Source: Candidatus Bathyarchaeia archaeon (GTDB lineage: Archaea; Thermoproteota; Bathyarchaeia; Bathyarchaeales; Bathycorpusculaceae). Taken from it: a stretch of 64,000 nt of DNA. The stretch spans positions 96,001-160,000 of the forward strand of contig JBEKXL010000001.1 in NCBI GenBank assembly GCA_049512075.1, written 5' to 3'. The number at the start of each line of letters is the position of its first letter. The first letter of the stretch is position 1. The notes under the pieces were generated by a model. That model was not told where the DNA came from. It did no database searches and was given only the letters and a program-made list of their open reading frames with translations. The position numbers and the translations under genes are program-made. Below, piece by piece: positions 1 through 10,857 of the stretch.

Positions 1-9
1 TATGGCACC

Positions 10-1017
10 GTGAACTCTTCGGTAACGACTTTTGATATGGTGAACGGAACCGCAACTTTTGCTTCACAAGTGAACCTTCAGGGCGATTTCGAGGCTGAGC
101 TGAACCTTGAAAAAGCTCTTCTAATAGCATCCTTCAACGCGACGCTTCCGTCATCGTTACCTCCCACATGGGAGCTGAGCGTTCTTAACGAGACCGACAT
201 AAACATCAACAACTTCGAAGCAGAGCTTCAGTCGGGACGAGACTGGATGTACGCGAACTTCAGCGGCCTGATTCTCAAACCTCAACCCGACGATATCAGC
301 GCGATAACGTTTAGACTCAAGAATTGGTTGAACATGACAAACAGTCCCAACGCGCCACCGCAGGACTTCGACAAATTCAGCATCACGATAACTGGGGCGT
401 CGAGTGAAAACCAGACGGTCCTGCTATCACAGCAGCCTAACCTGCCTTCACCCGATCAGCTCTCCCCTGACGGCAGAAGCATGGTCTGGAACAATGCCTC
501 TCTCAGCAGCCTACAGGACGTGACTTTTCTCATAGCTTACCAGAGTCGAATCAATTACGCGGGAGGAAGCTATGATGTTCCAATATTCACGAACTCCACG
601 GTAACGGCCTTTGCCTTCGATCCAAATGCCAAGCAAATAGCCTTCAACGTCACGGGACCGCCGGGCACTGGCTTCAGCAACGTGACCATCCCTAAAGCGC
701 TGCTCAACGCGAGCGCACTCAGTGATTGGACTGTGACGTTTGACGGACAAAACTTGACTCCGCAACAGTTTAATATAACACAAAACGCCGAGTACGTGTT
801 CGTGTACCTGAACTACACACATTCAGCGCACGTGATAACAATCAGGGGCACTCAGCTCGTCCCGGAGTTTCAACCCGACATCCTGCCAGTAGCCCTCGCA
901 ATCCTGCTCATCATCGTAGCCATAGTAGCCGTGAGACAGAGAAGAAAACTCGAGCCCGTGAAAACCAGGTTCCTTCGGACTGTGGCACGCCTTAGGTCCC
1001 CTCAGAAACCAAGCTGA
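10..1017 (+). CDS. Secreted/cell-surface protein with PEF-type C-terminal sorting signal (5' end probably upstream of window)
   Basis: N/T/S-rich sequence with many N-x-S/T sequons; ends VPEF + hydrophobic helix + RQRRK. Confidence 0.75.
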   Translation: MNSSVTTFDMVNGTATFASQVNLQGDFEAELNLEKALLIASFNATLPSSLPPTWELSVLNETDININNFEAELQSGRDWMYANFSGLILKPQPDDISAITFRLKNWLNMTNSPNAPPQDFDKFSITITGASSENQTVLLSQQPNLPSPDQLSPDGRSMVWNNASLSSLQDVTFLIAYQSRINYAGGSYDVPIFTNSTVTAFAFDPNAKQIAFNVTGPPGTGFSNVTIPKALLNASALSDWTVTFDGQNLTPQQFNITQNAEYVFVYLNYTHSAHVITIRGTQLVPEFQPDILPVALAILLIIVAIVAVRQRRKLEPVKTRFLRTVARLRSPQKPS

Positions 1018-1145
1018 GCGCGCGCGCCACATCCCCATCCGAACCCAAGCGCCTCATCCCCACCACTTTTTTCCCCACTCCGCCACCTTTTTGTATTGCA
1101 CGCGCTACTTGTACAGGCATCAGTCAAACCGGAAAAGGCGTCTCC

Positions 1146-2255
1146 ATGAAGTACGAAATCAAATGCTCAGCATGCAACAAGCCTTCTTCCAATTTGCTTG
1201 CGTTCAAATGTCCGTCATGCGGCCATCCGTTGGACGTTCAACTGGATTTCAATTTTGAACCTGACAAGATACGCACTAGTAACTACAGCGTCTGGAGATA
1301 CGAACAATTTTTCCCTTACGCTCAAGAGAAGAAAATCGTAACTCTTTCAGAAGGTTGGACCCCGTTGGTCAAGTTATCAGACAATGCGTACGTGAAGCTT
1401 GAAAGTGCGAATCCTACTGGTTCTTTCAAGGACAGGGGCTCAACTGTTCTGGTTTCCGCCTTGCGCGACCTCATAGAAGAGGCGGGCGGTTACATTTCTG
1501 AAGATTCTTCGGGCAACGCTGGAGCTTCGATGGCCGCCTACGCTGCCCGTGCAGGCTTGAAGGCTAGGATCTACGTTCCGGAGACTGTTGCGGGTCCAAA
1601 GTTCAATCAAATCCAGTTTTACGGGGCGCAGGTCACGAAGGTTTCGGGCAGCCGCAGCAGAGTCGCGGAAGAAGCCCAGAGTGTGGAGAAGGGAAAATTC
1701 TATGTTGGCCACATACTTCATCCGCTCTTCAGAGACGGAATAAGAAGCCTTGCATACGAAATATTCGAACAGTTCGGATGGAATGTTCCTGAACGCATCT
1801 ACCTACCCGTTTCGGCCGGGACTCTGCTATTGGGCTTGATAAGCGGTTTCAAGCACCTGTCAGATTCAGGGGGCATAGAAGCCTTTCCGAGGACTGTAGC
1901 TTGCCAAACACGGCAGATCTCACCGCTCTACCACCGATTCAAAGGCTTGAAGTATGATCCGCCAGAAAAGGTGACATCCATCGCCGATGCGTTGGTAAGC
2001 ACAAAACCTCCGCTGCTAGATCTTATGGTCAAGGGTTTGAAGGAGGTTAAGGGCGACGCGGTTATGGTTGATGAGGAGGAGATAATGGAGGCGTTCTTGG
2101 AGCTGGCGAGGAGGGGTTTCTTTGTTGAGCCGAGCTCAGCTGTTGCCTACGCTGGTTACAAGAAGCAACTGGCGAACAATGAAGTGTCACGGGAAAGCAG
2201 AGTTGTGATAGTCCTGACTGGGAACGGTTTGAAAACGGCGATTAAGCCAAACTGA
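1146..2255 (+). CDS. thrC: Threonine synthase-like PLP enzyme
   Basis: N-terminal CxxC..CxxC, NPTGSFKDRG PLP-lysine motif, DSSGNAG, EPSSA, LTGNGLK. Confidence 0.85.
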   Translation: MKYEIKCSACNKPSSNLLAFKCPSCGHPLDVQLDFNFEPDKIRTSNYSVWRYEQFFPYAQEKKIVTLSEGWTPLVKLSDNAYVKLESANPTGSFKDRGSTVLVSALRDLIEEAGGYISEDSSGNAGASMAAYAARAGLKARIYVPETVAGPKFNQIQFYGAQVTKVSGSRSRVAEEAQSVEKGKFYVGHILHPLFRDGIRSLAYEIFEQFGWNVPERIYLPVSAGTLLLGLISGFKHLSDSGGIEAFPRTVACQTRQISPLYHRFKGLKYDPPEKVTSIADALVSTKPPLLDLMVKGLKEVKGDAVMVDEEEIMEAFLELARRGFFVEPSSAVAYAGYKKQLANNEVSRESRVVIVLTGNGLKTAIKPN

Positions 2256-2367
2256 CACTGGGCCTCATGGGTTAATGCTTGAAAATCTTGTTTTCGGCTG
2301 ATTTTTTTAGAAAAACTTATATGTTGAAGCTGTTTCTGTTTGTGACGCATTGAGGAGGTTATAGGAT

Positions 2368-4038
2368 TTGTCATCACAACAATCAGCTGGCGGTGTTCCA
2401 GTTTTAGTGCTGAAAGAAGGTTCAAACCGCTCAAGAGGAAAGGAAGCGCAGAACTCAAACATAGAAGCAGCAAAAATCGTTGCTGAAGTAATCAAGAGCT
2501 CTCTCGGACCTAAGGGCATGGACAAAATGCTTGTCGACAGTTTCGGCGACGTGACGATAACGAGTGACGGGCGCACAATCTTGGATGAGATGGACATTCA
2601 GCATCCAGCAGCGAAGATGATGGTGGAAGTTGCTAAGACACAGGACAACGAAGCTGGAGACGGAACGACAACGGCCGTGATAATATCCGGTGAGCTTCTG
2701 AACAGGGCTCAGGAACTGATTGAGAAAAGCGTTCATCCCACGATAATAATCGACGGATACAGGAAAGCTTCAGAAAAAGCATTGGAAATCCTAGAGAAAA
2801 TCGCGATACCGGTAGACCTGAACTCTCAGGATTACTTGAAGAAGGCTGCAATGACTTCGATGGCCAGCAAACTGGTCGCCGAACACAAGGAATACCTGGC
2901 AGACTTGGCTGTAAAATCGATTCTTGCGGTTGCGGAGAAGGAAGGCGAGAAGTACAAGGCAGACGTGGACGATGTCAAGGTTGAGAAGAAACCCGGCGAA
3001 TCCGTGAGGGACACGAAGCTCATCCAGGGCATAGTATTGGACAAGGACGTCGCGCATTCTGGGATGCCTAAACGCGTGGAGAAGGCAAAGATTCTGTTGT
3101 TGGATGCGGTGCTTGAGATTGAAAAAACCGAGTTCGACGCAAAGATTAACATCGAAAGCCCTGAGCAGATGGAGGCGTTCATAAAACAGGAAGAAGACAT
3201 GCTGCGCGACATGGTTGACAAGGTCGTCAAGACGGGCGCAAACGTCGTTCTCACCGAGAAAGGCATCGACGACATGGTCCAGCATTTCATGGCGAGAAAA
3301 GGAATCCTTGCGGTTAGACGAAACAAGAAGTCAGACATGGAGAAACTTGCAAAGGCCACTGGAGGAAAAATAGTTTCAAACCTGGATTCCATGACTTCGG
3401 AGGATTTGGGTTACGCGGCTCTTGTGGAAGAACGGAAGATAGGCGACGATAAGATGACTTTCATAGAAGGGTGCAAGCACCCGAAGGCCGTCACGATTCT
3501 CATCAGAGGCGGAACACAGCGCATAGTCGACGAAGCTGAAAGATCATTGCACGACGCGTTGTGCGTGGTCAGAGACATAGTTCAGGAACCCAAAGTGCTT
3601 GCCGGCGGCGGCGCGTCTGAACTGGAAGTTTCCCGCGGACTGAAAAAGTATGCTGAGACGCTTCCGGGAAGGGAGCAGCTGGCAGTCGTAGCTTTTGCAG
3701 AGGCTCTTGAAGCGATTCCGACGACACTGACAGAAAACGCTGGTCTGGACCCGATTGACATACTCTCGGATCTAAGGTCAAGACACGAGAAAGGCGAAGT
3801 GTGGGCTGGAATAGAAGTTAACACTGGAAAAACTCAGGACATGAGCAAAGCCGGAGTTATTGAACCCATTTCCGTCAAGAAACAGATAATCAAATCGGCC
3901 ACTGAAGCCTCGACGATGCTGTTGAAAATCGACGATGTGATTGCTTCCGGAAAGATGAGAACTCCTCCAGGACCCCCAGGAGGCGGCGGCCCACCAGGCG
4001 GGATGGGCGGCGGTTACCCTAGTATGGGGGAGTACTAG
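2368..4038 (+). CDS. ths: Thermosome (group II chaperonin) subunit
   Basis: [32 protein letters not shown], Gly/Pro/Met tail. Confidence 0.97.
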   Translation: MSSQQSAGGVPVLVLKEGSNRSRGKEAQNSNIEAAKIVAEVIKSSLGPKGMDKMLVDSFGDVTITSDGRTILDEMDIQHPAAKMMVEVAKTQDNEAGDGTTTAVIISGELLNRAQELIEKSVHPTIIIDGYRKASEKALEILEKIAIPVDLNSQDYLKKAAMTSMASKLVAEHKEYLADLAVKSILAVAEKEGEKYKADVDDVKVEKKPGESVRDTKLIQGIVLDKDVAHSGMPKRVEKAKILLLDAVLEIEKTEFDAKINIESPEQMEAFIKQEEDMLRDMVDKVVKTGANVVLTEKGIDDMVQHFMARKGILAVRRNKKSDMEKLAKATGGKIVSNLDSMTSEDLGYAALVEERKIGDDKMTFIEGCKHPKAVTILIRGGTQRIVDEAERSLHDALCVVRDIVQEPKVLAGGGASELEVSRGLKKYAETLPGREQLAVVAFAEALEAIPTTLTENAGLDPIDILSDLRSRHEKGEVWAGIEVNTGKTQDMSKAGVIEPISVKKQIIKSATEASTMLLKIDDVIASGKMRTPPGPPGGGGPPGGMGGGYPSMGEY

Positions 4039-4042
4039 AACT

Positions 4043-4300
4043 ACGTCAGAGAAAAAGAAAATCACGATTGGACCGCCAAAAATCACCCGGTTTGAAAAGG
4101 CAAGGATAGTGGGGGCTAGAGCCCTTCAGATATCCATGGGAGCCCCCATACTTGTCGACGTGTCAGAAGGCTTCACAGGACCTATAGACATAGCGTTAAA
4201 AGAGTTCGCAGCCGACATACTGCCCATAACCGTTAGAAGGACATTGCCAGACGGTAGCTTCCAAGACATTCCCTTGAAATGGCTTCTCGCGGAGCACTAA
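4043..4300 (+). CDS. rpoK: DNA-directed RNA polymerase subunit K (Rpo6); start codon atypical (ACG at 4043)
   Basis: Frame reads [34 protein letters not shown]...LPITVRR; the conserved TRFEKAR lies upstream of the GTG at 4109 called by the ORF track. Confidence 0.9.
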   Translation, partial: TSEKKKITIGPPKITRFEKARIVGARALQISMGAPILVDVSEGFTGPIDIALKEFAADILPITVRRTLPDGSFQDIPLKWLLAEH

Positions 4301-4788
4301 ACGCTCCCCTTTTTTAGTTTCTGCAGACTCTGTGCTGAGAGTCTTAGCGTTTCTCTGATTTTCGTCCAGTGTGCGCCTTGCCAGTAGACTTGGCCGCACT
4401 TAGGGCATTCCCAGAACTCGGTGTAATGTTCAAGAGTGTTTTTCTCAACTCGGCCTGCCACTTTTTCTATTGGAACGGGCTTGACTTGAGTGTTGCACTT
4501 TGGGCATCTGGACGTTGCCATGTCTATTTCAAAGCTGATGCCGAATCTTGTGGCGAGCTCGGCCAGTCTCTCCTGTTCTGTTTGTCCTTCAACGTAGAAG
4601 GCTTCGACTTCTTTGGCGACGGCATGCTGGTAGAGTGCGAAATCTCTTGTGAGCAGGATCCTGTGCTCTTTCTTGGCGATTGTTAACAGTTCAGAGTCAT
4701 CCATGCTGTTCGAGTATTCTACGTCGTGTCCCATCATTCGAAGCCAGCGAGCCAGTTTGCCGAGCATTCCGTCGATGACAAACTTCAA
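4297..4788 (-). CDS. Mut7-C RNase (PIN-like) domain protein, DUF82 family
   Basis: [45 protein letters not shown]. Confidence 0.9.
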   Translation of the reverse strand: MKFVIDGMLGKLARWLRMMGHDVEYSNSMDDSELLTIAKKEHRILLTRDFALYQHAVAKEVEAFYVEGQTEQERLAELATRFGISFEIDMATSRCPKCNTQVKPVPIEKVAGRVEKNTLEHYTEFWECPKCGQVYWQGAHWTKIRETLRLSAQSLQKLKKGSV

Positions 4789-4792
4789 GAGG

Positions 4793-6133
4793 CTACTCTC
4801 TCCGGATTATTCTTCCGCTTCCAGCTTTCGCCACTATCTCGCCGTCATCCATGACCAGTTGACCCGCAACGATGGTTTTAACTGGTTTTCCCTGAACCTC
4901 GCGGCCTTCGAAGGGTGAGAACTTTGCTTTTGAATGGAACTTTGACGCGTCAATCTTGTATTTTCTGTTGAGATCCACGACTGTCAGGTCAGCGTCGTTT
5001 CCTTCTTTCAAACGGCCCTTGTTTTTCAGCTTGAAGATCTCCGCGGGGTTTTCAGACATCAGTCTAACCACGTCGCCGATTGATATTCGACCGCGCCGAA
5101 CTTCAGTGAGCAGAAGCGGAAGCGTCGTCTCTAAGCCGGGTATTCCGACTTTCACGTCCCAAACAGACTCTGCTTCCTTTTCTTTCAGAGTGTGCGGCGC
5201 ATGATCAGAGCCTATAACGTCAACCCAACCGTTCTTGACAGCCTCCCACAAACCGTCAACGTCACGCCTATCACGCAAAGGTGGCATAGTCAAGGCCAAA
5301 CTTCCAATTCGTTTCAAATCCCTAACGGACAGGAACAGGTGATGAGGCGTTGCTTCACACGTTACCTGCAGTTCGGACTTCTTGGCTTCGATTATTTTCG
5401 TCATCCCTGCTTCTGTGCTCACGTGACAAAAATGCAGATGCATGCCAGTTTGCTTTGCTAGTTTCAGCAAACGTTCGATAGCCTTCACTTCGACGTCTTC
5501 AGAGTGTGCCTTCAAAAAAGCGTTTATGTCATTTCGACCGATGCTCTTGAACTTGTCTTCATTTCTTTTCAAAGTCTGCTCATCTTCAGCGTGAGTAGCC
5601 GTTAGAATCCCTAAGCTGCCCGCAACCTTGAACGCTTCCATAATAGCTTGGTCGTTGCGAATGTCCAGCCCGCCGACTTGTTCAGCCATGTAAAGTTTGA
5701 AGCCGACTGCGCCCTCTCTCACAATTGCTTGGATTTCCGACTTGTCTTTTGGAAATTCAGAATAGAATCCTACGTTCACCAAAACTTTCCTTTCAGCAAG
5801 TCCCATTCTGTTTCTCAGAGTTTCAACACTCATGGTCACTGGGTTGTTGTTGGGCATGTCAAGAGCTGTTGTCATCCCGCCAGCCGCTGCAGCTGCCGTG
5901 CCGCTATAGAAATCTTCCTTGTAAGCCTTTTCCTCATCTCGAAGGTGCACGTGCACGTCTATCAGACCCGGCAACACAAGGAGATTCTTCAAATCGAGCC
6001 TTACGTCTGACTTAGGCATGTTGGTTTCCCTGCCTATTTTGAGAATCCTGCTATCGTCGATTGCCACGCTGCAATCTACTATTGCCAGGTTCATGTAGGC
6101 CTTCGTGTTCACCAAGACCACGTCCGCGATCAA
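4793..6133 (-). CDS. pyrC: Dihydroorotase (amidohydrolase family)
   Basis: PGLIDVHVHLRD, DMPNN, EATPHHL, GSDHAPH, GIPGLET. Confidence 0.85.
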   Translation of the reverse strand: MIADVVLVNTKAYMNLAIVDCSVAIDDSRILKIGRETNMPKSDVRLDLKNLLVLPGLIDVHVHLRDEEKAYKEDFYSGTAAAAAGGMTTALDMPNNNPVTMSVETLRNRMGLAERKVLVNVGFYSEFPKDKSEIQAIVREGAVGFKLYMAEQVGGLDIRNDQAIMEAFKVAGSLGILTATHAEDEQTLKRNEDKFKSIGRNDINAFLKAHSEDVEVKAIERLLKLAKQTGMHLHFCHVSTEAGMTKIIEAKKSELQVTCEATPHHLFLSVRDLKRIGSLALTMPPLRDRRDVDGLWEAVKNGWVDVIGSDHAPHTLKEKEAESVWDVKVGIPGLETTLPLLLTEVRRGRISIGDVVRLMSENPAEIFKLKNKGRLKEGNDADLTVVDLNRKYKIDASKFHSKAKFSPFEGREVQGKPVKTIVAGQLVMDDGEIVAKAGSGRIIRRE

Positions 6134-6290
6134 ACTGCTATCGCCTCTCTCACTTCAATAACGTCCAGCAACGCGTTAAAAGTTTGCTTGTCAACTGCCG
6201 TCATGTTCAATTCGTATCAGTTTGGCCACGACTCAACGCGCGCGCTAAAATCGAAAACGCGCGAAATAAGATTGCGCACGGGCGAGATTT

Positions 6291-8351
6291 TCAAAGCCTG
6301 CGAGGGGAGTGCCAAAAACTCTCCATTTTTTCACTACAATCAGATGGATTTCGCACGGTTATCATCTCTTTTTGATAGTAGCTTGGAAGTTGTCGTTTGA
6401 TGTGAGGCTGGGTGACGCGTTCGTCCAGCATCGCTATACATCCTCTGTCTTCTGCTGACCTGTGAACGCGCCCACAAGCCTGAACAAGTCGCAGTATGGC
6501 TGGAGCGAAATAGGCGTAGGTTCTCCCTTTCCCCGGAAACTGCTGTTCAAGATAATCGATGAGCGATTCTTCATAGGCATTCCATGTTGCCAACGGTAAT
6601 CCCATAGCCACGACGCACTTGAGGATGTTTCCGGGGTAGTCCATTCCTTCACTCAGTTTGGCCCCCATGACTCCATAAAGAATGTTGTTGGACGAGCTTC
6701 TCAGCTTCTCAATCACCTCATCTCTTCTCGTGTTCTGCTCTTCCATAATCGTCCTTCTATTTGTCTTAATCAACCTTGCAACTTCATGCATCAGCCCGTA
6801 GCTCGTGAAGAAAACCGCCAAATTGCCTGGAGTAGCCCGCGCAATGGCTTCAACGTAGCTCTTCCATTTTTCAAGCATCACGTCCGTTCTCTTCTTAAAC
6901 TCTGATGACACATCCTCAGCTGCCAGTATGAGCCTGTTCTCCCGCGGAAAGGGAGAGTCAAACTCTTTCAGACAAACATTGCCTGAACTAGAAAGCATCA
7001 GATCTCTGTAAACGGTTAGCGGAGACAGAAAACCGCTCATGAGAATGGCTCCTCTTGCTTCTCTCAGAACTGGATCGACAATTTCTCTTCCGTCGAGGCT
7101 TCTGACCTCCAACGCAACCCGACTATTCCGATCTCTTTCAATCAGATGCACATATTTTGATCCAACATTGCTGAAAAAACTCTCCATGAACGTGCCGATT
7201 CGATAGTTGTAGCTCGAAATCCTATCGGAACCAGACTCAAGCCTCTTCTTTTTTACATATTCCCCATATTCCTGAAGGAGGCCCGCAACTTCAGGACCCG
7301 ACGCACCATTGTTAGCTACAAATATATCGCTGAGTTCTTGAGGGTTAAGCAGCCTTAAATCATTAGCCTTCAAATTGGATTGCGCACGTTGAAAAACCTC
7401 TTTCCTGAAAACCCGCAGATGCTCTTTGACTGACCCAGACGATTCATGTTCGAAAGTCTCAGTTTCTTTCAAGGCTCTTTCAACCGTGCCCTCCGTCAAC
7501 TGGTCGGAAAGCAATTCTCTGGCGAAGGTTGGCAGGTTGTGAGCCTCATCAACGATTAAGAAGACTTTAGAAAGGCCGACTCCGAAGCTCTTCAGTATCG
7601 ATTCCCTAATCGCGGGATCGAAGGCGTAATGATACGTTCCCAGAAAGATATTGGCCTTGGGCAGAACCCTCTTCAAGGCTTCATAGACGCAGAATCCTCT
7701 TCTGGACATGAACTCGACCGACTCTTCAGGCGTAAGAATTCTTCGCGCACAATCCAGAGCCAAATCCTCCGCCTCCCTTCTCCCTCTCAGAATGCTCATG
7801 TAGAATTTGCAGTAAGGCTTGGCGGAAGATTCGCAGTTCTCCTTCAGTCTCTTGCATTCTTCGAAAAAGTCAAAATAGGACAGATCACCCCTTGTCTTCA
7901 ACGGACACATGTCTTGTTTGCTGAAGAAGGAAATGCAGTAAAGATCTCTCGAGAGTGCCCTCAGCTCCTTGAGGTATATGTGCAGTTGGCTTCTGGTTCT
8001 GAAACAGATCATCAGTCTGTTTTCTCCGAGCTCAGGCAAAATCGCAAGCAGTGATGCAAGGGATTTGCCGATTCCACAAGGGGCGCTTCCAACAAAAATC
8101 TCTCTGCTTTTGACGGCTTTTGCGGCCTCTTGAATGAACTCCGTCTGACTGTTTCGCATTTCATAGTTTTCAGGAAGCATGCCGCTCTTCGGAATCTTGG
8201 GCTTCACACTGTAGCCACTTCTTCTGGGAAGACTCGAAGCCTTACTCTTGGGCATCAAGAATGTCCCACAGTCGCTACAAAACCGATTATTCTCGTACTC
8301 TTCCGAAGAGTATATCTTGCCGCAGGTGCGGCAGGCATAAGTCTGAGGCAA
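6291..8351 (-). CDS. xpd: XPD/Rad3/DinG-family Fe-S DNA helicase with N-terminal Zn ribbon
   Basis: Q motif (RNSQ), APCGIGKS, Cys cluster, DEAH, SEGMD, QACGRVHR. Confidence 0.8.
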   Translation of the reverse strand: MPQTYACRTCGKIYSSEEYENNRFCSDCGTFLMPKSKASSLPRRSGYSVKPKIPKSGMLPENYEMRNSQTEFIQEAAKAVKSREIFVGSAPCGIGKSLASLLAILPELGENRLMICFRTRSQLHIYLKELRALSRDLYCISFFSKQDMCPLKTRGDLSYFDFFEECKRLKENCESSAKPYCKFYMSILRGRREAEDLALDCARRILTPEESVEFMSRRGFCVYEALKRVLPKANIFLGTYHYAFDPAIRESILKSFGVGLSKVFLIVDEAHNLPTFARELLSDQLTEGTVERALKETETFEHESSGSVKEHLRVFRKEVFQRAQSNLKANDLRLLNPQELSDIFVANNGASGPEVAGLLQEYGEYVKKKRLESGSDRISSYNYRIGTFMESFFSNVGSKYVHLIERDRNSRVALEVRSLDGREIVDPVLREARGAILMSGFLSPLTVYRDLMLSSSGNVCLKEFDSPFPRENRLILAAEDVSSEFKKRTDVMLEKWKSYVEAIARATPGNLAVFFTSYGLMHEVARLIKTNRRTIMEEQNTRRDEVIEKLRSSSNNILYGVMGAKLSEGMDYPGNILKCVVAMGLPLATWNAYEESLIDYLEQQFPGKGRTYAYFAPAILRLVQACGRVHRSAEDRGCIAMLDERVTQPHIKRQLPSYYQKEMITVRNPSDCSEKMESFWHSPRRL

Positions 8352-8873
8352 CTATTTCACGACAACACATACTTCAAATTGTCAACTTATACCTTGTTGG
8401 CATCTCAGATAGCCGAATGCATGATCCATGACGCCCGACTTAACGCGTGAGGGTATAAGGAGTGTTTTGAGTTAGAGGCGCTAGCGCGCACTACCGCACA
8501 CCCAAACCCAACAAATCATATTTAACTGCAATAGAAATAGACTTTATACTATATGTTATTGGTATTTTATCTAGGTATGTTCTAAGGGGTACATCACAGA
8601 AAAAGAGGGGAAGGAATGGCTAGTCATTGTCAACTAGCTATCAGCATTATGTCGAAACCGTAGAACAGAAAAACACGGAATAAGAGGTCATTTCTCTTAA
8701 TTCTTCCTTTTTACAGAACACCATAAGATTGCAATTATAGAGAAAACAAAACTGAATGAAACATCAACAAGTGTAAGCGCGCGCGCTGACACTCAAACAT
8801 CGAATTCAGGAACACGCATGAGAGCTAAGCCAAGAGGACTTCCATGGTCTTTTGCGTGTCTGGTGGGCAGAGG

Positions 8874-9431
8874 TTATTCGTAGAATATCAGTTGCTGTTC
8901 CTCGAGTATCACGTGAAGCTTGTGCACGGCGTCATGGACGTCCTGTTCTCTTCTGGCTCCGGTGCAGACAAGGTTCCCGCTCGCAAACAGCAGTATGACC
9001 ACTTTGGGCTCGTCCATCCTGTAGATCAAGCCTGGAAACTGCTCCGGCTCATACATCGTTTTTCCAAGTGTGGAAACTGCTTCCAAATCTATCTTTCCGC
9101 CTAGGCTTGCAGAAGCAACGATGTTCACAACCTTCAAGTCCGGCTTGCTGATGATGATTATTCCGCCCTTTTTCAGTTCTTTGACAACTGTCATAACAGC
9201 CCTGCGGGATTCCTTCTCCGATTTTGCCCCTGTGCAAACCATTTTACCAGAGCTAAAAATCAGCGTAGCCGTCTTCGGCCTCTTCAGCCTAAACACCAAG
9301 CCCGGAAACTGCTCCGGCCGATACTCCACCCCAGGATAACCCTTCACGACAGCGTTCAAGTCAACTTTCTGATTCAGAGTAGCAGACGCAACGACATTCT
9401 GAATATTAACGACAGCCTTGCTCTTCGGCAT
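8874..9431 (-). CDS. tbp: TATA-box binding protein
   Basis: Two repeats NVVAS..YxPEQFPGL..LIFSSGKMVCTGA; ATG at 9431 preferred over the TTG at 9440. Confidence 0.98.
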   Translation of the reverse strand: MPKSKAVVNIQNVVASATLNQKVDLNAVVKGYPGVEYRPEQFPGLVFRLKRPKTATLIFSSGKMVCTGAKSEKESRRAVMTVVKELKKGGIIIISKPDLKVVNIVASASLGGKIDLEAVSTLGKTMYEPEQFPGLIYRMDEPKVVILLFASGNLVCTGARREQDVHDAVHKLHVILEEQQLIFYE

Positions 9432-9467
9432 AAAACACAACTTCTTATAGTGAAGTGTTTGAACACC

Positions 9468-9480
9468 TATTATAAAGCCT
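9468..9480 (-). promoter_or_regulatory. TATA box of tbp
   Basis: Minus strand reads AGGCTTTATAATA about 40 nt upstream of the ATG. Confidence 0.55.
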
Positions 9481-9686
9481 TAGATTCAGTAGGTGGAGAC
9501 TTCTCCCTGGAAACCACAGTATTAAGCGCGCGCCGCGTGGAAAACATCAAGAAAACTACTAAAATTTGCCTGAATCAGTTTTGCTTTTTACTGAAATTCT
9601 AGCGAGATACCCGAGAACCCGAATGTCACCGTACGAGTGAACCCTGCCAGGATTCGCGTAATCCACACTTGTTTCGCAGGGTCTTC

Positions 9687-9974
9687 CTACTCTTTCGCAA
9701 GGGTTATTTCCACGGTTGAAACCATTCTCGCTCTGTTTTCTCCTTCTCTCGGTGGCATTTCCTCTGTTCCTATGGAGATTTTGCTTACTTTTAGGTCCTT
9801 TAGGAAGCGCCTTCTGGTTATTTCAGCCGCGTCAACAGCTGTGGCAATTGCTCGGCCTCTGGCCTTCAAGGTTATTTCTTTAGCATTGCTCGCGGATAGG
9901 CTTGTAATAATCGCCAGAACATAGTCCATTGGTGTTTTGCTTCCTATGAAAACGATTCCCGATTTTTCCGACAT
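9687..9974 (-). CDS. albA: DNA/RNA-binding protein Alba
   Basis: FIGSKTPMDYV, KARGRAIATAVDAAE, VSTVEITL. Confidence 0.96.
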   Translation of the reverse strand: MSEKSGIVFIGSKTPMDYVLAIITSLSASNAKEITLKARGRAIATAVDAAEITRRRFLKDLKVSKISIGTEEMPPREGENRARMVSTVEITLAKE

Positions 9975-10479
9975 TTTCCATCACTCTTTTCATCATAGAT
10001 TGTAACGTTGCCGTGTTCTTCTCGTCCTTCAACAACAAAACGCTACTGCCCTATACTACGCATACTTCCTTATAAACCAATTAAACAAAAGAGCATCGTG
10101 AGAGTATTTTCGCGCTTTTGGGTGAGGAGATAGCCTTCCAGTGGGGCTGGGTGAAATCTCAAGCTGAAGAGAAGCGCGCGCTTCTGATGAACCATTTTGG
10201 CGACAGCCTGTAACTTATGAACCGAATGACAACCCAAAAAACTTGAAGGTTTACGAACCGAAATAGCAGCGCGCGCAAATTCTACTGCATCATCGAAAGC
10301 GCCAGTCAAACCGACATAGACGTGGACGTCTCTCTGCACGTCAAAAAAACCTAACGCCAACCCAGCCTCTTCCTACATCAACACGCGCAAAACAAGTAAA
10401 CGTTAATAGAGAAAGATAAAACCAGAAAATACAACTAAAACCCACCTAAAGGAATATCTGAGCATTGCAGAGGGCTAAG

Positions 10480-10758
10480 ATGAACCATCCCTGCATTGAA
10501 ACAGACAAGAAGATCTGCGGCGGCTTCCCGGTGATAAAGGGAACCAGAACGAGAGTCGTCAGCATAGCAATTGAATACGAATACATCAACCGTACACACG
10601 GCGAAATAATCAGCGCACGTCCCCACCTCAAGCTGGGACAAGTACACGACGCCATATCCTACTACTACGAAAACCGAAACGAACTGGACGAAAAGATAGA
10701 CAAGGACGAGCAATTCATCCAAGAACTTTCAAAGACCCTAGGAACGGATGGAAATTAA
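10480..10758 (+). CDS. DUF433-family antitoxin-like protein
   Basis: ICGGFPVIKGTRTRV, PHLKLGQVHDAISYYYEN; ATG at 10480. Confidence 0.85.
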   Translation: MNHPCIETDKKICGGFPVIKGTRTRVVSIAIEYEYINRTHGEIISARPHLKLGQVHDAISYYYENRNELDEKIDKDEQFIQELSKTLGTDGN

Positions 10759-10857
10759 CCAAGCGCATCCCAACCAAAGCGTGCGCCGAGAAAAGTGGCA
10801 CCGAAATGTAAGAAAGTATAGATAAAAGTAATACAAGTTTACTAAGTGGTAACCAAA

